From: Octopus vulgaris
Lineage: Eukaryota
DNA: 64,000 nt
NCBI GenBank assembly: GCA_951406725.2
Contig: OX597814.1
Location: 164,982,001 to 165,046,000, forward strand
Direction: 5' to 3'
Positions within the stretch are counted from its first letter, which is position 1. The number at the start of each line of letters is the position of its first letter. The notes beneath the pieces were generated by a model. That model was not told the DNA's origin. It worked only from the letters and a program-made list of their open reading frames with translations, and did not search any database. A program made the translations under genes and the position numbers. Below are positions 56,320 to 64,000 of this stretch, one piece after another.

Positions 56320-56475
56320 AGAATATGGAACATTATTTACATTATTTGTTATTATGGTTATTTGTCCGCATCTTGTTTGTTGTTAACACAATGCTTCGGC
56401 TGACTTGTGTTAACAACTAACAAGATGAGGACAAATATCCCTCAATTGTAAATAATGTACGTAATTCCTCATCTG
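56320..56475. repeat. Collapsed hairpin of the 36162-36865 family (HHR cores deleted)
   Basis: TATTTGTCCGCATCTTGTTTGTTGTTAACACAA / TTGTGTTAACAACTAACAAGATGAGGACAAATA arms with a 13-nt loop. Confidence 0.75.
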
Positions 56476-56828
56476 TAATATGAAACATCTATGAAATTTC
56501 TAGTTCCCTGTCTGTATATATGTGTGTGTGCGTTAAATAAAATGAAACAACAATATCAAGGCAGTGTGTAATTTGTAGGACATTTATAAAGAGAACCATT
56601 TGTAATAATAAAATATGAACTCCTATCGGAATTTACATACCATGGACAAGAGGCCTTTCTATCCAATCTACACAGCACATTCTTTGGATAATAGAACTGT
56701 TACTGTAACATCAAACATATATTTTTATTCTCTTATTTCCCTTGATATTTCCTTTATATCTCCCTTTCCAAAATAACTTCTTATATTGAACTCTATTTCC
56801 AGCTATTTAACTCTCTCATATCGATATC

Positions 56829-56876
56829 GTCTCTGATGAAGGGATAGCCCTCATATCCCTGAAACAGCTGTTAGAC
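56829..56876 (+). ncRNA. Minimal type-I hammerhead ribozyme (intact)
   Basis: gtct-CTGATGA-AGGGATA gccctca TATCCCT-GAAAC-AGCT-GTT-agac; palindromic stem III AACAGCTGTT. Confidence 0.85.
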
Positions 56877-57103
56877 TACCTTTCCCTTTATAAACGTTCC
56901 AGAAATGTCACACTGCTTAGGTTATGTTGTCTCATTTTATTTAACATATACATAATCACACACGACCCGCATTAGACTCCTCACTCATACTATTATCGAA
57001 CTTGGAGTCTAACTACGGTCCTTCTGTTACACTTACATAGCCTTACCTGCCATTTTGGGTCTCCTGGACACCAAAATGTCTCATATATATATATATATAT
57101 ATA

Positions 57104-58494
57104 TACTTTATTTTAAGCAGCAGAAAAATCAACAAAATCTGTTACTCTGAGTTTCTCGTTGCCGTTCATCAGACAGTTTTTGCTAGAATGGAACATATAT
57201 ATTAATTCAATCTATACTCTTACAAACGCTACACCTTTAAAAAGAAATGGACTTGTTTGATTGGCCCTTTAGAAAAAACGGTCAATCTTCGAGCGATAAA
57301 CAAAAAGGTCAAAAATATATGTATATATATATAAAAACTTATAAAAATTATAAAATCCGAGGAAAATACCGAGGAAAAAACCTGTTGCCGTTAATGAAGA
57401 CAGTACAAATTAATGCATAGAAATTAAACCTGTTATAAATACTGCAATACATATTTATATTAAAATCCACATATATATATCAACATACACAAAAGGATGC
57501 GCGTAAACGCCATACATACATATACAGACGTATGAATATGAATCTAAATTATACACATAAAAGCATGTGTACATATATTCACGCAAACCGTCTCGCACGC
57601 AAGCTAAAATTCATCTATGTAGCAATTCTCATATACTGAGCAAGGAGGGGGAACGAAAGAAAGGGAAAGAGAGAAAAAGGAACGGAGGAGGGGTGGGGAA
57701 AAAAATTTGTAGCGATGTTATTTGGCATCTATAGAGGCCTGTATACATACACAAGTTTGAATTGATACATATACATACCGTCGTGTATATGTGTGCTTAA
57801 GCACAAGCATACTTTCACTCACACATACACAGATACGCATGCTTACAAATACATATGCTTTGCTATACACAAACTTATATAAACATTCTAAATTTGACAA
57901 CATTGCTTTTTTTTATAAAAAAAAAACATTGCTTTTAAAAAAATGGGTGCATTAATAAAAATATATACGAAAGACCTATAAAATAAAATATAACATCCTA
58001 TTTTGGGTCATTTATAAATAATCAAGGTAATATAAATAATCAAGGTAATCTTATGCAATACAATAACATGAAAACAAAGTTTGTAGGTTTTTCCTAATAT
58101 ATATGTAGAAACAATAAGACTTTGCTATAGGTCCGTTGTAGCGCTCAAGAGTCAAAATCAAAATCAAAAATCAAAATACAAAATATATACTCTATCCATA
58201 TGGTATATTTATATTCGACATTTTAAATTTAGCCTTGTGCCTACATAAGTTCATTAATTCACTTCTTTGATTCAAAGAATTATTGTCTTTGAATAATATA
58301 TGCATTTTTTCTAATAAGCAAAGCCTGCACTTGAAATTATATTTGTAAGCTCCATGCCTGTATGGTGCCGTTCCTGTCCAGAATGCTCCTGGAGCATTCT
58401 GATTTTTCTGCTGCTTAAAATAAAGCATATTACTCAACCACTGGTATTTGAGTACTCTTTTTTCCACCTTGTTTCACATTTATGTGTTTACTCC

Positions 58495-58495
<1 letters not shown>
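57104..58495 (-). mobile_element. 5'-truncated PLE (probably Naiad-type) 3' end with long UTR and inverted terminus
   Basis: CRLCLLEKMHILFKDNNSLNQRSELMNLCRHKAKF (58192-58345). Terminal 57104-57130 is inverted at 58401-58429. Confidence 0.78.
57135..57180 (-). ncRNA. Minimal hammerhead ribozyme
   Basis: Minus: aaaactgt-CTGATGA-A-CG gcaa CG-A-GAAAC-TC-A-GA-GTA-acagatttt; very short stem II. Confidence 0.65.
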
Positions 58496-58550
<55 letters not shown>

Positions 58551-58553
<3 letters not shown>

Positions 58554-58769
58554 CCACGATATATCAGTCGCCATGATAGATCGTTAGCCACTACACACAT
58601 TTTTTCTCTCCTTGTTTCTCTCCTTGTTTTTTCTATGTCCCTTTCTGTAGAAGAGCGTAGGCTCGAAACGTAAAAGACTTTTTCTATTTCTGAGCGTTAT
58701 ACTAATACTAATACATCTTTTTGTTTTGTACACCACCTGTCTTCGTCTTTTGTTTTTTTCGTAAACTCT

Positions 58770-58772
<3 letters not shown>
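58551..58772 (+). mobile_element. Solo PLE terminal repeat in (TA)n with HHR-like motif at 58641-58676
   Basis: Homologous to 10196-10396; cttt-CTGTAGA-A-GAGC gtag GCTC-GAAAC-GTA-aaag; (TA)n on both sides. Confidence 0.78.
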
Positions 58773-58818
<46 letters not shown>

Positions 58819-59387
58819 GCAACGGAGGCAGTATTATTACCGAATGGTAATTTTTGTGTTTATATGCACTGAACGTCTATATGAGAGACTTTCTCGAGAT
58901 GAATATTGCAGTATTATGGTGATTTGATAATACATCCACATTATTTAGGATACAGAACATGTCGCATGTATGTATATCAATTAGAGGCGCACTAAGCAGC
59001 GTTGAATGAAATATAGTTATGTACAATAATTTTTCACGTATTTCTGTATACTCGGACATGGAATGACAATACACAACACAAATTATCACGAGGCAAGAGA
59101 TTCACCTTATATAGACAATACTGACGTAAATACACCTCAGCGCCATGAATGACGTCACCGGACTGTAGAACACAAACGTTTCTGCATCGTTACGATTTAT
59201 CAGCTATGTATACCGAGCTATGTTTCATGGCTACTAAGAGCTGGTCGCTCTCGTATTAGAACAGCAGGTGTCACATTTGCTGATGTGCGAAACACATTGA
59301 AATGTATATACATATCTATATTTGTGTATGTATGTATGTATGTATTTGTGTGTGTATGTGTGTGTGTGTGCGCGTGCGTGCGTGTGT

Positions 59388-59461
<74 letters not shown>

Positions 59462-60321
59462 CCCGTGTATTTTTCGTGTGATGATGTCTGTGCGTACTTC
59501 TCTCACATTTTTAACAGTTAAAAAAATATCCACTAATTTCGCTAATTAAACATGAACAATAACTATAACGGTAACAACAGCATCAGAAACAACAAGGCCT
59601 ACATTGAAGCAACTCATATATCCGTATATCCGTGTTTTATCTAATCCTTGAATGATATGGTCATGGAAGTATTTCGATATGACGTAAAGTGAGCGGCATT
59701 ATCTAGTGTTGAAATTATTCGACTTGTATCCGTAATAGTGATAATATTTGAATAACGTCAATATTTCAAGTTGTATCCGATGTTTGACAAACACGTGTAG
59801 AGCCTATAATATAGAAAGCTACTTGTTGCCTTCTTGTTGTCTTCTTGGGTGTTCTGATAGCAGGTAATGCACGACAGAGATGAGAAGTAATCTAACTCTG
59901 TCTTCATGTTTACTTTGGGAATTTTCTTTTTTATTCAATAAGCGCAACAATAACATGCTGAGGTTTACAGATAATTACCATTCTACAACCTTGTTATTTT
60001 GCTGTGTATATAATACCAGAAGATCATTTTCAAGCATTTTTGTTGATTTGAAAAGGAAACAAAACAAATGGTAAAACAAACAAATTCCTGGCGCTGAATA
60101 AATTTTAATGAAATGGACATGTTGATTTAGAAATACTTCTACACCAAATGTTGTAAATCATAAATTGCACATATATTAAAACAGAGGAGGTAATTAATTG
60201 TATAAACATAAAGTATTTTTTTCGGTCAAATATTTTTACATTTACACAGTTAGTCACAAACTTACTCAGTTTTAGTAAATGCCGTTCGCTTCTGTTTGAT
60301 TCTTCAAGTTACTGTGTATTT

Positions 60322-60937
60322 TAATAATAATAATAATTGTGTACAGTGCTCAGGTGCACTACAACTCATCTAAAGTGTATATATAATCAGGTGTAGTTTC
60401 GGCGGATTTCGGAAAGCATGAGGGCCTTAAAGGATGCAGTGTCATGGCAGTCAACAACTGACGCAGGCAGTTTATTCCATGCTTCAGCAACTCTGAGCGT
60501 GAAAAAATGTTTCCGAAAGTCATGGGAGCGGTGTTGTTTTCTGACTTTGTAGGCATGTCCACGTGTGTTAGACACATAGAGATCAAAAAGGTGTTCAGTG
60601 TTGTTGTTGGTGAGGTGGTTGATAACTTTGTGGGTGTTTACCAAGTCCGTCGCCAGATGCCGGAGCTTCAGTGAATCCATGCCCAGGGAAACAAGGCGCT
60701 CAGAATATGGTAGGTGTCTGACGGAGGGTATGCGTTTGGTTGCACGTCTCGGGACAGGTTCCAGGAGGTCAATGTTCTGAGCAAGATAGGGGTTCCAAAC
60801 TGATGATGCGAATTCCAAGTGTGGTCGTACCATAGCTGTATACAGTTTTAAATAGATGGCTGGAGAGCGGCTAACAAAAGTCTTGCTGAGTGATGCCAAG
60901 ACACCCTCGGCCTTCTTGACAATTTTAGAGATATGCT
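60322..60937 (-). mobile_element. CR1-clade LINE 3' end (5'-truncated)
   Basis: LKLYTAMVRPHLEFASSVWNPY..RRATK..LPYSERL..TRGH..RKHFFTLRVAEAWNKLP; short 3' UTR with stem-loop and (ATT)n tail. Confidence 0.92.
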
Positions 60938-61209
60938 TTGGAATATACAATGATTTTTTTTATTATTATCAGTTTCGAGATATATAGCTATTGTCTAATT
61001 TCATCTGCCTTTGATTTATTAATTGTGACAATTGTTTAAGTCCTTAATATTTCAGGCTTTTTCCTGAAGTGTCCATGAAATGACTACGAAGTGTTACAGT
61101 ACGTCTAAAGTAAAGTTAACATTTAGTTGATTCTAACATGCTAGGGATAAGTAGTGTTGCACCTTATAGTAGTAACTGCATCGTTTCAATGACTCGCATT
61201 AATCAGTCC

Positions 61210-61650
61210 AGATCTTTTCGGTTTGAACGGCAGTTTTTTTCTAGCGGTGTCATATGAAATTGTCACCCATAATTATGACCCTAGAATCGATCTATTGCAT
61301 TTCAATCTCTTTTAGGGTTAGGGTTAGTTAGGGTAGGGTTAGGGTTAGGTTTAGGGTTGGGAGAAGGGTATCTTTTTTTCTTCACAAATGTAAATAAACC
61401 CAATCTGTTTCTTAAACGAGGGACATATTCATATGGCACAGAATGCTTTTTAACTCAATACACGTCACTGATTGGTTGAAATTACAGAAATTGAAGAAAA
61501 AACAACAAATATCTTACAAACTATAGAATTTTCTCAATAAAGCCAAGAGAAAAAGATGTTTTATAAACACATTCTACCAGTATACGAAGTTTAAAATTTT
61601 TTAGTTACCTAGAAATTATGTTAAAACTGCCGTTCAAACCGAAAAGATCC
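61210..61650. mobile_element. MITE with 27-bp TIRs, 8-9 bp TSD and internal (TTAGGG)n
   Basis: GATCTTTTCGGTTTGAACGGCAGTTTT / AAAACTGCCGTTCAAACCGAAAAGATC; ATCAGTCC(A) duplicated at 61202 and 61651. Confidence 0.92.
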
Positions 61651-61945
61651 ATCAGTCCAAATCCTCCCTTAAGAGGAATTTACCATTGAATAATGTTCAT
61701 GGAATGATGAGATATAACCTCCAGATAGCGACAGTCATGCTAAGTTAACATTTTAAGCATTGCGTATCTCCCGGTCCATTAAAGTAGAAATAATAATTAC
61801 TTACATATCATTCCTTGGTTTTATATCTTTCCTACATACCAGCAGAAAATAGACTTCTTTTAATCATCCAGCTGATAAAAAAATACATAGACAGCAGGTA
61901 GTTAGTGAGTAAGGGTTAAAAACAGTTCCCGACCGTTAATTCTTG

Positions 61946-61982
<37 letters not shown>

Positions 61983-62307
61983 CCACACACACTTTCACGC
62001 AAAGACGCACACACACACACATTAAGGCAATTTTACACACTCATACATTCGAGCACTCATTCATAAAATAAATCAAATATAAACACCAGTCATACAGAAT
62101 ACATTCACTCACTTTAATTTTCCCATACCTTCCTTCTCCTACCTTGATTCTGCCCTTGAACTATGTCAACGGACAATTTCTCTTGCTTTCAACCAATCTG
62201 GCGTCACCCCCTATAAATAGACATTATTTATCATTATCTTTATGGGCTCCTCGTGAGCAGTCGTCGAAAAGCTTGTTGTGCATTTTGTTGGAGAATTAAG
62301 TTCCTGG

Positions 62308-62393
62308 ATTTTCCTGAAGAGAAAGCTGCATAATGGACTCCTTATTCAATCGGAATTAGGGACTTTGCAGACTTCGAAACATATGTCGAAAAT
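62308..62393 (+). ncRNA. Minimal type-I hammerhead ribozyme (intact)
   Basis: attttc-CTGAAGA-GAAAGCTGCA...TGCAGACTTC-GAAAC-ATAT-GTC-gaaaat; 6-bp stem I, palindromic stem III ACATATGT, GUC site. Confidence 0.85.
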
Positions 62394-62442
62394 AAAATAA
62401 AGGAATTTTGTTAAATCTTCGTTCAACTCCATTCTTTCCTAT

Positions 62443-62495
<53 letters not shown>

Positions 62496-62515
62496 TATGT
62501 GTGCGTGTGTGTATA

Positions 62516-63059
<544 letters not shown>

Positions 63060-63499
63060 CAATAAATAAAATAAAACATATGCGTATATATAAACATATA
63101 TGTACGTACCTACCTCTACATGTACATATACACGCATATATGAGTACAGGACACCAAAAGGACGTCGAACACAATGAGAAAGGAAAACAGACACAAACCA
63201 AAGGAACTGGATATATATTTAAAAACAACAAAAAAATAATATAGAATACAGGAGAATTAACACAAAGAAAAAAAACCCTTCTTCAGACACTAAAGCTTTC
63301 ATCTACTCTACGTTTCGAAGGATAAAAGCGAGACGTATCTTCGACAAGAAAACTTTCCTTCCTGCGAAAAGCAAATCAATAAAAGTTCTAAGATCTTTTC
63401 GCAGAGGGGTAAAAAATAGTAACAACAGGACAGTAACGACAGTGCAAATTGTAAACAGTAGAAGACAGGACAAGGAAAAACAAGATATATACATATATA

Positions 63500-64000
63500 T
63501 ATGAGGTTTCCAATGAAATTAAAGCAAAAGCGACCACACCTGTTTTATTCATTGAAATAGACGTAGTGCAATTGCTGGAGACTAAAGTAGTCCCCGTTAC
63601 AAGCCATGTTTTTGCGCCATCGATGAAGCAAACTTTTGAATCATTTTTGATGAAATGGTGTGTATTTTTGTATCCATCTCTTTTCATCCACCTTCATTTC
63701 GTCGGGAATCATCAAATCAGTGTTATCGAAGACTCTCCCTCATTGGAACAGGTGAAAGTTGGGTGGCAATATATCCTGGGTGTACAGTTTATGTGAGATC
63801 ACTGATCGGCTTACTTTGCCAATTGCCTGATTTGTTTACAAGATGTATATGGTCGCATATTTTCATGGTGAATGTAGATTGCTTTCTAATGCACACGAAG
63901 CTTTCGAGAAGAGGTCCGATGAAGAACTGTAATTCTATTAAGATTTATTTTCAGGTCTCTAACACGTTATGTATCCCTGGAATTTTATCCACATATTTGA
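63500..64000 (-). mobile_element. Degraded mariner transposase C-terminus
   Basis: Minus: LYTQDILPPNFHLF (YSPDLAPSDFHLF-like) and LLHRWRKNMACNGDYF. Confidence 0.7.

Noticed and set aside
61312-61361. Telomere or chromosome-fusion site
   Set aside because: Short, degenerate and enclosed within a TIR/TSD-bounded MITE.
63100-63490. Possible PLE terminal repeat with GAAACGTA on the minus strand
   Set aside because: The matching CUGANGA core is not intact and there is no second copy in the window to confirm it.

Overview
Eukaryotic, AT-rich, extremely microsatellite-dense non-coding DNA. The repeat content (tRNA-derived SINE families, (TA)n/(CA)n/(GATA)n/(TACA)n blocks) points to a coleoid cephalopod such as Octopus (inference). 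No intact host protein-coding gene is supported; most listed ORFs are translated microsatellites. The window holds three tRNA-derived SINE families (about 18 copies), fragments of Tx1/L1 and CR1 LINEs, five Penelope-like element (PLE) coding remnants, several mariner/Tc1/pogo remnants and MITEs, a tRNA-Leu pseudogene and an old ~4.4-4.9 kb tandem duplication. The main hidden signal is about 15 minimal type-I hammerhead ribozyme (HHR) motifs from at least 8 unrelated sequence families, mostly in PLE terminal repeats. One ~349-nt HHR-to-HHR unit carries a tRNA-like Pol III head (retrozyme/circRNA-like). There are also several long fold-back structures and a PLE that captured an inverted copy of nearby host DNA. 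All alignments and folds were done by eye.
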